Positions 48,324 through 59,011 are shown, numbered from the stretch's first letter. The stretch: DNA of 64,000 bases from Gemmatimonadota bacterium (GCA_963666735.1 OY762926.1:480001-544000), one strand, 5' to 3'. Translations and numbers: made by a program. The notes: generated by a model from the letters alone, not told the origin.

Positions 48324-49633
48324 GCCGGTCGCTGCTCCTCGCCGGAGGCCGGGTGATCGATCCCTCCACGGGGACGGACGACGTGCGGGACGTTCTCGTG
48401 CGGGATGGACGGATCGAGACGGTCGGGCGGGGCGTCGCGGGGCCGGACGGCATCCCCCGGATCGATGCGCGGGGACTCGTCGTCGCCCCGGGATTGATCG
48501 ACGTGCACGTCCACCTGAGGGAACCGGGAGCCGAGCACAAGGAGACGATCCGCACGGGGGCGCAGTCCGCGGCGGCGGGCGGCTTCACGACGATCTGGGC
48601 GATGCCGAACACGGATCCGCCCCTCGACGACCCCGCCGCGGTCGGCTTCGTGCGGGAAGAGGCGCGTCGCTGGGCCCGGAAGGGGGAGGGCGGGGCGCGC
48701 GTGAGTCCCGTGGCGGCCGCCTCGCTCGGCCTCGCCGGCAGGCAGATGACCGAGATCGGCGGCCTGGTCGAGGCGGGCGCGGTCGCGGTCACCGACGACG
48801 GACATCCGATCCACGATCCGGCGCTCATGCGGCGCCTGCTCGAGTACACGCAGTCCTTCGGGGTCCCCGTCCTTCAGCACGCGGAGGACATGGCGCTCTC
48901 GGCCGGGGGGGTCATGAACGAAGGCGCCGTGGCCACGGCGCTCGGTCTCCGCGGGATCCCGAACGCTTCGGAGGCCACGATCGTGGCGCGGGACATCTAT
49001 CTCGCGGAACTCACGGGCGGGCACGTACACGTCCAGCACGTCTCGACCCGTGAAGCGGTCCAACTCATCCGCCTCGCGCGCGAACGCGGTGCGCGGGTGA
49101 GCGGCGAGGCTTCACCTCACCACCTCGCGCTGACGGAAGAGGCGGTGCGCGGCTACCGGACCGAGGCCAAGATGAACCCGCCGCTTCGCTCCGAGGCCGA
49201 CCGCCTCGCGGTGCGGCAGGGGCTCATCGACGGCGTGCTGGAGTGCGTGGCCACGGACCACGCGCCGCACCACTACGAGGAGAAGGAACGCGAGTTCGAC
49301 GACGCGCCCTTCGGCATCGTCGGTCTTGAGACCGCCCTCTCCGTGTGCATCGGCGAACTCGTGAAGCCGGGGGACCTCACGCTCTTCGATCTCATCGAGC
49401 GGATGTCCACGGCGCCGGCCCGGCTGATGGGGATCGAAGGCGGCACGCTGCGCGCCGGCAGCCGGGCGGATCTCGTCCTCTTCGATCCGGAGGAGGCGTG
49501 GACGGTCGACCCCGCGAGCTTCCGCTCGAAGAGCCGGAACACCCCGTTCAGCGGGTGGGAGGTGACGGGACGCGTGAAGCGTACGATCGTCGGCGGCGAG
49601 ACCCGGTTCCGAAGCTCATCCGCCCCGGCCTGA
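48320..49633 (+). CDS. pyrC: Dihydroorotase
   Basis: [34 protein letters not shown]. Confidence 0.95.
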   Translation: MSRSLLLAGGRVIDPSTGTDDVRDVLVRDGRIETVGRGVAGPDGIPRIDARGLVVAPGLIDVHVHLREPGAEHKETIRTGAQSAAAGGFTTIWAMPNTDPPLDDPAAVGFVREEARRWARKGEGGARVSPVAAASLGLAGRQMTEIGGLVEAGAVAVTDDGHPIHDPALMRRLLEYTQSFGVPVLQHAEDMALSAGGVMNEGAVATALGLRGIPNASEATIVARDIYLAELTGGHVHVQHVSTREAVQLIRLARERGARVSGEASPHHLALTEEAVRGYRTEAKMNPPLRSEADRLAVRQGLIDGVLECVATDHAPHHYEEKEREFDDAPFGIVGLETALSVCIGELVKPGDLTLFDLIERMSTAPARLMGIEGGTLRAGSRADLVLFDPEEAWTVDPASFRSKSRNTPFSGWEVTGRVKRTIVGGETRFRSSSAPA

Positions 49634-49647
49634 GCTGTCCCGGCCTC

Positions 49648-49902
49648 TTACGCCAGGCCGTTGACATGACGCGCCGCCCGGGCCTTCTGGCGGGCCGCGG
49701 CGTTCGCCTTGATGACGTTGCGGCGGGTGGCTCTGTCCAGGACGCGGTACAAGTCGGACAGCGCCGACGTCGCCTCCTCGCGAGATTCGGTCGCGAGGAT
49801 CTGCTTGGTCCTGGTCCGGATCTCGGACCTCACGCGACGGTTCCGGAGCCGGCGCGCGCGCGACTGTCGCAGTCGCTTCTTCTGACTCTCGTTATTCGGC
49901 AT
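49648..49902 (-). CDS. rpsT: 30S ribosomal protein S20
   Basis: MPNNESQKKRLRQ...RN...RSEIRT...LDRA...IKANAAARQKAR. Confidence 0.92.
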   Translation of the reverse strand: MPNNESQKKRLRQSRARRLRNRRVRSEIRTRTKQILATESREEATSALSDLYRVLDRATRRNVIKANAAARQKARAARHVNGLA

Positions 49903-50149
49903 TCGCTTCCTTCTTTTTCCTCTTCCTCGGGCAACGGTGGGTGCGGGCCACAGGCGGACCCTTCCATCCGTCCGAAAATCAACAAAGAAACATACCAGAC
50001 TTACCGGATACGTCCAACCCGGAGTGAGTGGAACGCGTGTGGCGGGGGTACTCGCCGCGGGTACGCCCGTGCTACATTGCGGGCCGAAACACGCACCGAC
50101 TGGCCGGCGATCCCCGGTTTCCGCCGGCCCGAGCGCGCAGGGAGGTTTC

Positions 50150-50926
50150 TTGACGGCGGTTCCCAACCGACTTCCGAGCCAACTGGCGGCGCAGCCCTTC
50201 GTCGTGGAACTCGACCGGTTCCAGGGTCCCCTGGATCTTCTTCTGCACCTCATCCGGTCGCAGGACATCGACATTTTCGATATCCCGATCTCCACGATCA
50301 CCCGGCAGTTCCAGGAAGCTCTCGGCGACGGTCTCGACCGTCTGGAACTCGATCGCGCCGGGGAGTTTCTCGAGCTGGCCGCGACCCTCGTCCACATCAA
50401 GGCCCAGCTCCTGCTGCCGGGGCGCAGCGACGCGGAATGGGAAGATGATCCGCGGGCCGAACTCGTCCGGCGTCTTCTGGAATACGAGTTGTTTCAGGAG
50501 ATCGCGCGGACTCTGGGCTCGGCGGAACTGGAACGGCGGCGGCACATGTCCAAGGGGTTCCTGCCTCCGCAACCGCCGCGCGAGGCCGACGGCCGGGAAC
50601 TCTCGACGACGCTCGACGACTTCCTTGCGGTCCTCGGCGATATCCGGGGTCCGGATCCCGTGACGCGGCACGTCGCCCCCATTCGCATCGTCCCGGTCGA
50701 GGACAAGATCGTCGTCATCCGGCGCCTGCTGGGCGAGAGCCGGCGGGTGCCGTTCAATCGGCTGTTCGATTCGTGGCAGGAGCGGCAGCACGTCGTCGCG
50801 GCGCTGCTCGCCTGTCTGGAGCTCGCCAGGCAGCAGCTCCTGAAGATCGAGCAGGTGAAGCGGTTCGGTGCGATCTGGCTGTTCGGACGCCGCTCGCGGG
50901 GCGACGGGGGAGAGGGAGCCAGGTGA
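50150..50926 (+). CDS. scpA: Segregation and condensation protein A
   Basis: GGAGG then TTG; FQGPLDLLLHLI, DIFDIPI, DPRAELVRRLLEY, LLACLEL. Confidence 0.93.
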   Translation: MTAVPNRLPSQLAAQPFVVELDRFQGPLDLLLHLIRSQDIDIFDIPISTITRQFQEALGDGLDRLELDRAGEFLELAATLVHIKAQLLLPGRSDAEWEDDPRAELVRRLLEYELFQEIARTLGSAELERRRHMSKGFLPPQPPREADGRELSTTLDDFLAVLGDIRGPDPVTRHVAPIRIVPVEDKIVVIRRLLGESRRVPFNRLFDSWQERQHVVAALLACLELARQQLLKIEQVKRFGAIWLFGRRSRGDGGEGAR

Positions 50927-51549
50927 GCCCCGAGCAGATCGTGGAAGCCGCGTTGTTCGCCAGCCAGACGCCGCTCACCGCGCGCGAACTGGCCCGGGCC
51001 GACGATACGCTCGACGCGCGGCGCGTCCGGGAAGCGCTCGCCGCCTTGCGCGAGCACTATGACGCGGACGAACGGGCTTTCCAGGTCTACCAGCTGGGGG
51101 ACGGATTCCAGATTCTCACGCGTCCGGAATTCGTGCCGTACCTCGAGCGGTTCGACTCGGTGCCCCGGCCTCCGACGCTTTCTCGCGCCGCACTCGAGAC
51201 GCTCGCGATCATCGCGTACCGGCAGCCCATCGGGCGCATCGAGGTCGAGGAGATCCGGGGCGTGGCGTCCACTTCGGTGCTGCGGACTCTCCAGGACTGG
51301 GAGTTGATCGAGATCGTGGGACGGGGAGAGGGGCTCGGACGGCCGCTCCTTTACGGGACGACGTCCCGCTTCCTGGACCACTTCGCCCTGCGGTCGCTGG
51401 ACGATCTCCCGGCGCCGGAGGACCTCTCCGTCGCGCTCGTGCGCGCCGAGCCGGTGGCGTTTGCCGACGGCGCGCCGCGGGAAGAACCCGCGGCGGACCG
51501 GGGCGCGGACCGAGGCGCGGACCGAGGCGCGGACCGAGGCGCGGACTGA
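50923..51549 (+). CDS. scpB: SMC-Scp complex subunit ScpB
   Basis: VEAALFA, LSRAALETLAIIAYRQP, IRGV, GRPLLYGTT. Confidence 0.94.
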   Translation: MSPEQIVEAALFASQTPLTARELARADDTLDARRVREALAALREHYDADERAFQVYQLGDGFQILTRPEFVPYLERFDSVPRPPTLSRAALETLAIIAYRQPIGRIEVEEIRGVASTSVLRTLQDWELIEIVGRGEGLGRPLLYGTTSRFLDHFALRSLDDLPAPEDLSVALVRAEPVAFADGAPREEPAADRGADRGADRGADRGAD

Positions 51550-51558
51550 GGCGCGGAC
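51493..51558 (+). repeat. 12-bp tandem repeat GCGGACCGAGGC, about 5.5 copies
   Basis: Encodes ADRG repeats at the ScpB tail; fifth copy carries the TGA stop. Confidence 0.9.
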
Positions 51559-51563
51559 GGCTC

Positions 51564-52304
51564 ATGCGACTGCAGAAATACCTTTCCAGGGCGGGCGTGG
51601 CTTCCCGGCGCAAGAGCGAACAACTCATCGCCGGCGGCCGCGTCCGCGTGAACGGCGAAGTCGTGACGACGCTCGGAACCACGGTGGACCCGGATGCCGA
51701 AAGGGTCGAGGTGGACCGCCGCCGCATCCGCCTGAAGCCGGTGCTTTGGCTGGTGCTCCACAAGCCGCCGGGGTACGCGTGCACCCGGCACGATCCCGGC
51801 GGGCGTCCGATCATCTACGATCTGCTCCCCGCCGATACCCGGCACCTGCCTCACGCCGGCCGGCTCGACTTCATGAGCGAGGGCCTCCTCCTCCTGTCGA
51901 ATGAAGGGGACGTCGTCCATCGGCTTCTCCACCCGCGGACCGGAATCGAGCGGGTCTACCACGCGAAACTCCGCGGGCCCGTGCCGGCGGAGCTTCCGGA
52001 TCGGCTGCGGGCCGGCGTGGCACTCGAAGACGGGCCCGCGCGAGCCCGCCGCGCAGGCTGGATCACGCCGCCGCATACGTCGTCGCCCACCGTCGAGATC
52101 GTCCTGGCCGAAGGAAGAAATCGGGAGATTCGGCGCATGCTCGCCTCGCTCGACGTCACGCTGCGGAGGCTGCGCAGGACCTCGTTCGGGCCGATTCGGC
52201 TGGGCGCTCTCGCAGCGGGAGCGACCCGTGAGTTGTCTGCGAAGGAACGGGCGGCGCTCAGACGGGCGGCGGGTCCCGCTTGCTCCACGGCGGCTCGGGA
52301 GTGA
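51564..52304 (+). CDS. rluB: S4-domain rRNA pseudouridine synthase (RluB-like)
   Basis: MRLQKYLSRAGVASRR, GRLD..SEGLLL, EGRNREIRRM; follows scpAB. Confidence 0.88.
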   Translation: MRLQKYLSRAGVASRRKSEQLIAGGRVRVNGEVVTTLGTTVDPDAERVEVDRRRIRLKPVLWLVLHKPPGYACTRHDPGGRPIIYDLLPADTRHLPHAGRLDFMSEGLLLLSNEGDVVHRLLHPRTGIERVYHAKLRGPVPAELPDRLRAGVALEDGPARARRAGWITPPHTSSPTVEIVLAEGRNREIRRMLASLDVTLRRLRRTSFGPIRLGALAAGATRELSAKERAALRRAAGPACSTAARE

Positions 52305-52353
52305 ACATCGGGCGGCTGGCAGACCGACCATCACCGCGACAGCGAGAAGACGC

Positions 52354-53376
52354 ATGAACGGAGAAGCCGGGACGGCCCAACGGATCTCGGGAGAGGATCT
52401 CGAGACCCAGCAGGCTGCAATCCGGGAGGCGGGGACCTTCGTGGCCGAGGTTCGAAACGAACTGGCCAAGCGGATCGTCGGACAGCATGCGCTCCTCGAC
52501 CGCGTTCTGATGAGCCTCCTCACGGGTGGCCATATCCTGCTCGAAGGCGTGCCCGGGCTCGCCAAGACGCTCACCGTCAGCACGCTCGCCGAGGCGATCC
52601 ACACCACGTTCCGGCGTATCCAGTTCACGCCGGACCTGCTGCCCGCCGATGTCGTGGGCACGCTCGTGTGGGAGGAGAAGACGGGCACCTTCACTCCGAA
52701 GCGTGGGCCCATCTTCGCGAACATCGTCCTCGCCGATGAGATCAACCGTGCCCCCGCCAAGGTCCAGTCCGCCCTCCTGGAGGCGATGCAGGAACGTCAG
52801 GTGACGATCGGAGAAGAAACCCATCCGCTCCCCGTGCCGTTCCTCGTCATGGCGACGCAGAACCCCATCGAGCACGAGGGCACGTATCCGCTTCCCGAAG
52901 CGCAGGTGGACCGGTTCATGTTCAAGACCCGGGTCGGCTACCCCACGCCCGAGGAGGAGCGGTCCATCATGCAGCTCATGGCGGGCGAGGATCCGCCGCC
53001 CGTCGAGGCCGTCGTGGAGCCCGGCCGCATCCTCGCCGCGCGCGCCATGCTTCCGGCCATCTACGTGGACCGGCGGCTCGAGGACTACATCCTCCAACTC
53101 GTGCTCGCGACGCGTGAGCCCGCGGCCCGCGGCCTGGCGCAACTCGTGGACTGGATCGAGTTCGGGGCCTCGCCGCGCGCCACCATATTCCTCGCGAGAG
53201 CGGCCCGCGCACATGCGTTCATCGAGGGGCGAGCCTTCGTGGTTCCGGAGGACGTGAAGGCGATCGCCCGCGATGTTCTTCGGCATCGGCTCGTCCTGAC
53301 CTTCCAGGCGCAGGCGGAACAGATCGATGCCGATCACATCCTCGACCATCTCCTGGAGACCGTACCGGTGCCGTGA
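52354..53376 (+). CDS. moxR: MoxR-family AAA+ ATPase
   Basis: EGVPGLAKT, RIQFTPDLLPAD, LADEINR, ATQNPIE, GASPRA. Confidence 0.94.
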   Translation: MNGEAGTAQRISGEDLETQQAAIREAGTFVAEVRNELAKRIVGQHALLDRVLMSLLTGGHILLEGVPGLAKTLTVSTLAEAIHTTFRRIQFTPDLLPADVVGTLVWEEKTGTFTPKRGPIFANIVLADEINRAPAKVQSALLEAMQERQVTIGEETHPLPVPFLVMATQNPIEHEGTYPLPEAQVDRFMFKTRVGYPTPEEERSIMQLMAGEDPPPVEAVVEPGRILAARAMLPAIYVDRRLEDYILQLVLATREPAARGLAQLVDWIEFGASPRATIFLARAARAHAFIEGRAFVVPEDVKAIARDVLRHRLVLTFQAQAEQIDADHILDHLLETVPVP

Positions 53377-54305
53377 GGCTGCCTGACTTCCTGTGGCGCC
53401 CGCGGCGGCCGGCGCCGACGGCCGATTCCGCCGGCGCGTCGAGAGAGGTTCGGCGGCTGGAGTTGAAGAGCCGGCGGTTCATGGACAACCCGGCTCTCGG
53501 ACCGTACCCGTCGCTCTTCCGCGGACACGGCATCGAGTTCTCCGAGGTCCGCGAGTATCAGCCTGGGGACCCTTTCCAGGCGATCGACTGGAAGGTGACG
53601 GCCCGTATGCGGCGCCCGTACGTGAAGCGCTTCGTGGAGGAACGGGAACTTGCCGTCCTTCTCGTCGTCGATGTCTCCGCATCGAACGAGTTCGGTACGC
53701 GGAAGGCCCTGAAGCGCGATCTCGTCGCGGAGGTGGCGAGCATCCTCGCCCTCGCGGCGATGCGTGCCGGAGATCCGGTGGGCATGCTCCTCTTCAGCGA
53801 CCGGATCGAGCGCTACGTCCGGCCGGCTCGGGGCCGCAACCGCAACCTTCGCCTCCTGCATGAACTCGTGTCCATCCAGCCGGAGGGGAAGGGAACGGAC
53901 CTCGATCTCGCGCTCGCCACCGCGGCGCGCATGCTGACTGTCCGCTCCCTCGTGTTCGTGATCTCGGACTTTGTGGGCGCCGGGAACCTGGCCCGGCCGT
54001 TGCTGGGACTCTCGGGCCGCCACGATGTCGTTGCGCTCGCGGTCGATGACCCCGCGGAAACGACGATCCCCGCATCGGGCTGGGTTGAGGTCATGGATCC
54101 GGAGACGGGGGACCGAGCCGTCGTCGACCTCGGAGATGCGGCGGTTCGGCAGCGGCTCGCCGAGCACTCGACCACGGGGGGGCGGGCGCTTGAACGGCTG
54201 TGTGCGCACTGCCACGTCGACCTCATGCGGTTGCGCACCGACACCCCGTACGAGTCCCGACTCTCCGCCTTCTTCGCCGCTCGGGGCCGGCGGAGGCTCC
54301 GGTGA
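53373..54305 (+). CDS. DUF58 domain protein
   Basis: GIEFSEVREYQPGD, IDWKVTAR, EERE, DVSAS, ISDF. Confidence 0.92.
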   Translation: MRLPDFLWRPRRPAPTADSAGASREVRRLELKSRRFMDNPALGPYPSLFRGHGIEFSEVREYQPGDPFQAIDWKVTARMRRPYVKRFVEERELAVLLVVDVSASNEFGTRKALKRDLVAEVASILALAAMRAGDPVGMLLFSDRIERYVRPARGRNRNLRLLHELVSIQPEGKGTDLDLALATAARMLTVRSLVFVISDFVGAGNLARPLLGLSGRHDVVALAVDDPAETTIPASGWVEVMDPETGDRAVVDLGDAAVRQRLAEHSTTGGRALERLCAHCHVDLMRLRTDTPYESRLSAFFAARGRRRLR

Positions 54306-55222
54306 GGGGGCGCCGATGGACGGCCCGGGCGGCCCTCGGGTTGGGGTTGGGGCTGGGGTTGGGGCCCGCCCCGGGCCTCGCCGCCCAGTCCGCGGTCGAC
54401 CTCGAGGCGACGGTCCTCCCGGAGTCCGTGCGGGTCGGCGAGGAGTTCACGGTTCGCCTCATCGTCGGGCAGGAGAGAGCCGGAGAGGTTCGATTCCCCG
54501 CGCTCATCGACGGGCCGGAGTCGATGGAGCAGACGGGACCGGTACAGATCCGGTCCGTTGATGAGGGTCGGCGCTGGGAAGCGGAGTACACGATTCGCGC
54601 ATGGCGCACGGATACGCTCGTCATCCCGCCCGTGGAGGTTGAGCTTGCCGCGGCGAGCGGCGTCGTCCGCCGGCTGCAGCCGCCCGCGGTTCCCGTCGTG
54701 AGCGTGCTCCCGGCCGCGGATGATCCGCTCGAATTGAGGGATGCGCGGCCTCTCCTGAGCCTGCGGGCCTTGCCCTGGTGGCTGCTCCTGCTCGCGGCGG
54801 CGCTCGCCGGACTCGCCTGGTGGACCTGGGGCCGCGGCCGTGGCGCCGCGGCCGCCGCCGACGTCCCCCTCGGCCCCGGCGACCTCGCGCTTCGCGACCT
54901 CGCCCGCCTCCGCGAGGGATGGATCGGGCAGCGGGTGAGCGGCGACCGATTCTACGATGGCTACGAGGAGACGCTTCGGCGCTACGCGCACGTGACGCGC
55001 GATTGGGCGCCCTCGAAGGAGCTCCTCGGGCTCGACGGCTCCGACGCGGGGCTCGTCGCGGCTCTGCGCCATTCGATTCTGGCCCGTTTCGCGCGCACGC
55101 GGACGGAGTGGGAAGGTCCGCTCGGCGACCTGGACGTCGGCGAGGCGTTTGTGCGCGCGGACATGACGGAGGGGGACGGTGTCGGCGAGGCCGGCCCGAA
55201 CGGGAACGGAGGCGGTCCGTGA
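54302..55222 (+). CDS. Bat-cluster membrane-anchored hypothetical protein
   Basis: GTG overlapping upstream stop; signal peptide, Ig-like region (VRVGEEF), one TM helix; position between DUF58 and VWA genes. Confidence 0.7.
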   Translation: MRGRRWTARAALGLGLGLGLGPAPGLAAQSAVDLEATVLPESVRVGEEFTVRLIVGQERAGEVRFPALIDGPESMEQTGPVQIRSVDEGRRWEAEYTIRAWRTDTLVIPPVEVELAAASGVVRRLQPPAVPVVSVLPAADDPLELRDARPLLSLRALPWWLLLLAAALAGLAWWTWGRGRGAAAAADVPLGPGDLALRDLARLREGWIGQRVSGDRFYDGYEETLRRYAHVTRDWAPSKELLGLDGSDAGLVAALRHSILARFARTRTEWEGPLGDLDVGEAFVRADMTEGDGVGEAGPNGNGGGP

Positions 55223-56211
55223 GCGAATTCGCGCTCCCCGGCTGGCCGTTCCTCCTCCTGCTGGCGCTGCTTCCGCTGGGATGGGCCCTGGCGAGTTCGG
55301 GCAGGATCCGTCTCCCGTATCCCGGCATCGCCCGTCTGACCGGATCCAGGGGGCGCGGGCGCGGGCGGTTCTGGTGGTGGTTCCCGGCCGCCCTTCGCTC
55401 TCTCGCCCTCGCGCTCGTCATCATCACCCTCGTCAACCCGGTGCGGGTGTGGGAGCGCGTGGAGTCGGAGCGCGAGGGCGTGGCGATCATGCTGGCGGTC
55501 GATATCTCGAGTTCGATGCTGGCGGAGGATTTTCGGCCCGATAACCGCATCGAGGTCGCGAAGCGGGAGGTCATTCGCTTCGTGGAGGGACGGGAGTCGG
55601 ACTGGATCGGCCTCGTCGCCTTCGCCGGCGAGGCCCTCACCATGGTGCCGGGGACGCTGGATCACGCGGTCGTGGGGAGTGCGGTGGAACGGCTGGAGGC
55701 CGGACAACTCCGCGACGGGACGGCCATCGGCGTCGCGCTTGCCACGGCGGCGAACCGGCTCCGCGATCTGGAGCCCGAATCCCGCATCGTCGTTCTGCTC
55801 ACCGACGGAGACAACAACAGCGGCGGCATCTCGCCGGAAGAGGCGACGGCCGCGGCCGCCTCCCTTGGCATCCGCGTCTACACGATCGGCGTCGGCCGCG
55901 ACGGGGTCGCCCCGGTGCCCGTGGCCCGGACCGCCTTCGGATACCAGTACGCCAATATCCGCGTGCACGTGAACGACGAACTCCTGGATCGCATGGCGAC
56001 CCGCACGGGGGGGCTCTATTTCCGCGCCACGGATCCCGAGGGACTGACACGGATCTACGAACGGATCAACGAGCTCGAGACCACCCCGATCAAGGAGGTG
56101 CGGACGGAGGAGCGGGTCGGGATGCGGCGGGAACTTCTCATCGCGGCGCTCGCGCTCGTCATGCTCGAACTCCTCGTGGCGGCGACGCGCTCTCGCCGAG
56201 TCTGGGCCTGA
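55219..56211 (+). CDS. batA: VWA-domain membrane protein (BatA-like)
   Basis: MIDAS DISSSM, GTAIG, LLTDG, YTIGVG, TGGLYFRA. Confidence 0.87.
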   Translation: MSEFALPGWPFLLLLALLPLGWALASSGRIRLPYPGIARLTGSRGRGRGRFWWWFPAALRSLALALVIITLVNPVRVWERVESEREGVAIMLAVDISSSMLAEDFRPDNRIEVAKREVIRFVEGRESDWIGLVAFAGEALTMVPGTLDHAVVGSAVERLEAGQLRDGTAIGVALATAANRLRDLEPESRIVVLLTDGDNNSGGISPEEATAAAASLGIRVYTIGVGRDGVAPVPVARTAFGYQYANIRVHVNDELLDRMATRTGGLYFRATDPEGLTRIYERINELETTPIKEVRTEERVGMRRELLIAALALVMLELLVAATRSRRVWA

Positions 56212-56213
56212 CC

Positions 56214-57203
56214 GTGGCTCCGCTCCCGATCGCCCTCCTGCTCGGAGCCCTGGCCGTAGCGCTCAGGCTGCTCGCGTCGCGCCGGTCGAGCGCGGACCGC
56301 GAGAGACTTGCCGAAACGTCGCTGCTGGAGCGCTACGTGCGGCTGCCGGCCCACGCTCTTGCGCCCGTTCGCCTGGCGCTGCTCGGCGTGGGCGTCGTCG
56401 CGGTCACGCTCGCCTCCGGTTCCGGCGGGACCGAGGCCCGGCGTCTCGATGAGGGGGGGGCGGAAACGATCCTGATGCTCGACGCGTCGAACTCTATGCT
56501 GGCAGGCGACGTCGAGCCGAGCCGGCTGCAGGTGCAGCGGCAGTTGGCCGTCCGCCTCGCGACGCGCACGGAGGGTCGGATGGGCGTGGTCTACTTCGCG
56601 GGCCGCGCGTACGTGCTCTCACCGCTGACGACGGACATGAGCGCGATCGAGATGCTGGCGGAGGGGGTGCGGCCCGCGGCGGTGGGGCTGGGCGGATCCT
56701 CGCTCGCCTCCGGCCTCACGCAGGCGATCGACCTCCTCGCCGGCGGAGAGGACGGCGCCCGCAAGTCGATCGTCGTCTTCTCCGACGGCGAGGAAACCGC
56801 CGGCGCCCCCTTCGGCGAGGCGATCGGGAGGGCCCGGGAAGCGGGGATCGTCATCCATACGGTGGGGATCGGAACCGAACTCGGAGGACAGATTCCCCTG
56901 ACGCGCGAGGCGTCGCTGGACCCGACGATGGCCGCGCGGCGGCGGGGCGGCGCTTCGGTGCTTCAGGGACCCGGCGGCAGCCCCGTCATCACCCGCTTGA
57001 ACGCCGCGTCGCTGAGGCAGATGTCTCTCGGCACCGGCGGTCGCTATGTTTACGGTTCGGACGGTATCGATGCGATCGAACGGGAACTGGCCCAGGGTGG
57101 CCGGGAACCCCTGGCGTCGACCGAGGATGCCGCCGTAGCGGCGTTGCTTCTGCTCGCCTTCGTCAGCCTCTGGGGAGAAGGGTTCCTGCTGCCACGTGGT
57201 TGA
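56214..57203 (+). CDS. batB: VWA-domain protein (BatB-like)
   Basis: DASNSM, PLTTD, FSDGE, TVGIGT. Confidence 0.82.
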   Translation: MAPLPIALLLGALAVALRLLASRRSSADRERLAETSLLERYVRLPAHALAPVRLALLGVGVVAVTLASGSGGTEARRLDEGGAETILMLDASNSMLAGDVEPSRLQVQRQLAVRLATRTEGRMGVVYFAGRAYVLSPLTTDMSAIEMLAEGVRPAAVGLGGSSLASGLTQAIDLLAGGEDGARKSIVVFSDGEETAGAPFGEAIGRAREAGIVIHTVGIGTELGGQIPLTREASLDPTMAARRRGGASVLQGPGGSPVITRLNAASLRQMSLGTGGRYVYGSDGIDAIERELAQGGREPLASTEDAAVAALLLLAFVSLWGEGFLLPRG

Positions 57204-57906
57204 GTCGACACGGATGCGTACGGTCTGCGGTCTGGCGGCCGCGGCGGCCTCGCTCGCGGCGTTTGCCGCGGGCGAGCCGCAGGCTGCGCCGGGGCGGGCG
57301 GCAGGTCAGGCCGGGGCCGGCGACCCGCAGGCATCCGAATCCGAGGTCGTCGCACGCTACCGGGAGCGAGCCGCTTCCTCCGACCGGCCGATCGACCACT
57401 ACAACTACGGGACCGCCCTCCTCCATGACGGGCAGGTGGCGGAGGCCCAGGCGCCCCTTGAGCTTTCGATCGGCAGCGAGCGGGACGAGGTACGCGAGAG
57501 CGCCTTCTACAACCTCGGACTCAGCACGGCTCTCGACGGCCGGCTCGCCCAGAGCGACCCCTCCGCGCGCCGGGCCGCCCTCCAGTCGGCGCGCGAAGCT
57601 TTCCGCGAAGTCCTCCGTCGTCGCGTGGACGATGAGGATGCGCGCTGGAACCTCGAACTCGTCGAGCGCTGGCTCGAGGAAGAGGGGGAGAGCGGCGGAG
57701 ACGAGCAGCAGGGCGGGCAGGGACAGTCTCCAGAGGGGGCGGGCGCCGGCGCGGCGGCAGCGGCCGGCTCGGGCGAGATGGAGATGCTGTCGCCCGAACA
57801 GGCCGCCGCGCTGCTCGAACAGGCGGGGGACGCGGAGGCGGCGATCCGAGACCGCGTGATGGGCCGCAACCGTTTCCAGGATCCCGTTGTGGAGCGGAAC
57901 TGGTAG
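57196..57906 (+). CDS. TPR protein (BatC-like)
   Basis: HYNYGTAL, FYNLG, DARWNLEL, Gln/Gly linker, LSPEQAAALL, C-terminal ERNW. Confidence 0.8.
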   Translation: MVESTRMRTVCGLAAAAASLAAFAAGEPQAAPGRAAGQAGAGDPQASESEVVARYRERAASSDRPIDHYNYGTALLHDGQVAEAQAPLELSIGSERDEVRESAFYNLGLSTALDGRLAQSDPSARRAALQSAREAFREVLRRRVDDEDARWNLELVERWLEEEGESGGDEQQGGQGQSPEGAGAGAAAAAGSGEMEMLSPEQAAALLEQAGDAEAAIRDRVMGRNRFQDPVVERNW

Positions 57907-57949
57907 GAACGCCTGCGAGACGCCTCACCTGGCCGTAGCTTCGGTCGCC

Positions 57950-59011
57950 ATGAATTCGCCTTCGGCCGAAGCGGCCCGCCTGACCCAGTATTCGCACGGA
58001 GCCGGCTGAGCCTGCAAGCTCGGCCCGGAGGATCTGGGCCGCATCCTGCAGCACGTTCCGCACGTTCCGGATGACCGGCTCCTCGTAGGACTCGAGGGTC
58101 CGGACGACGCCGCGGTGTACCTGCTCGACGATGGGGGAGCCATCGTCGCGAGCCTCGACTTTTTCACGCCGCTCGTCGACGATCCGGCGGACTTCGGCGC
58201 CATCGCCGCCGCGAACGCGCTGGGAGATCTGTACGCGATGCGGGCCCGTCCCCTCTTCGCGCTCAACATCCTGGCCGTTCCCGCCGGGACCCTCTCCGAT
58301 GAAACGGTGGGGGCGATCCTCCGCGGCGCGGGTGAAGTGTGCCGCGAGGCCGGCATCGCCGTGGCGGGGGGACACTCGATCGACGACGCGGAACCGAAGT
58401 TCGGCCTGGTGGCCATCGGCCTCGGCGATCCCGACCGCCTGTGGAGAAAGGGTGGCGCGCGGCCGGGGGATGCCCTCGTGCTCGGCAAGGCGCTCGGCAC
58501 GGGCGTCGTCACGACCGGGCTCAAGCGCGGCGTGACCGACCCGGCCGACCTCCTCGTCGCCGTCGATTCCATGCGGCAACTCAACCGCGACGCGGCGGCG
58601 GTCCTTTCCGGTTTCGACGTTCACGCGGCGACGGACGTCACCGGCTTCGGGCTCCTTGGCCACTTGCTCGAGATGTGCGAGGCCTCGGACGCGAGCGCCC
58701 GGATCCGGGCGTCGGCGCCGAAACTCCTCTCCGGAGCACGACACCTCGCCGGGGAGGGGTGCGTGCCGGGCGGCACGACCCGGAACCGGGACGCGTACGC
58801 GTCACAGGTGCGGTGGGATGACGCCGTCCCCGAGGACCTGCGGACCCTGTTGTTCGACCCGCAGACGTCGGGCGGGCTGCTGGCGGCCGTGCCCGCGCGC
58901 GAGGCGTCGGCCGCGTCGTCCGCGCTGGCCGCGGCGGGCTACGCGGCTACCGTGATCGGAGAGGTCATCGAGTCGGACGGGCCGTCCGGCGCCGTCGAGG
59001 TCGCACCGTGA
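57950..59011 (+). CDS. selD: Selenide, water dikinase (selenophosphate synthetase), Sec-containing (UGA at 58007-58009)
   Basis: ATG 57950 reads RLTQYSHGAG-TGA-ACKLGP in frame with ORF 58115-59011; DDAAVY, DFFTP, GGHS, TDVTGFGLLGH, DPQTSGGLL. Confidence 0.95.
58012..58051 (+). promoter_or_regulatory. Candidate SECIS hairpin for the selD UGA
   Basis: Upper stem CGGCCCGGA/TCTGGGCCG with GGA loop (58030-58032); lower stem CTGCA/TGCAG. Confidence 0.7.

Noticed and set aside
52393..52400. Third GAGGATCT hairpin apex near the moxR start
   Set aside because: No in-frame UGA upstream (the TGA at 52355 is out of frame); shows the 8-mer alone is not diagnostic of SECIS
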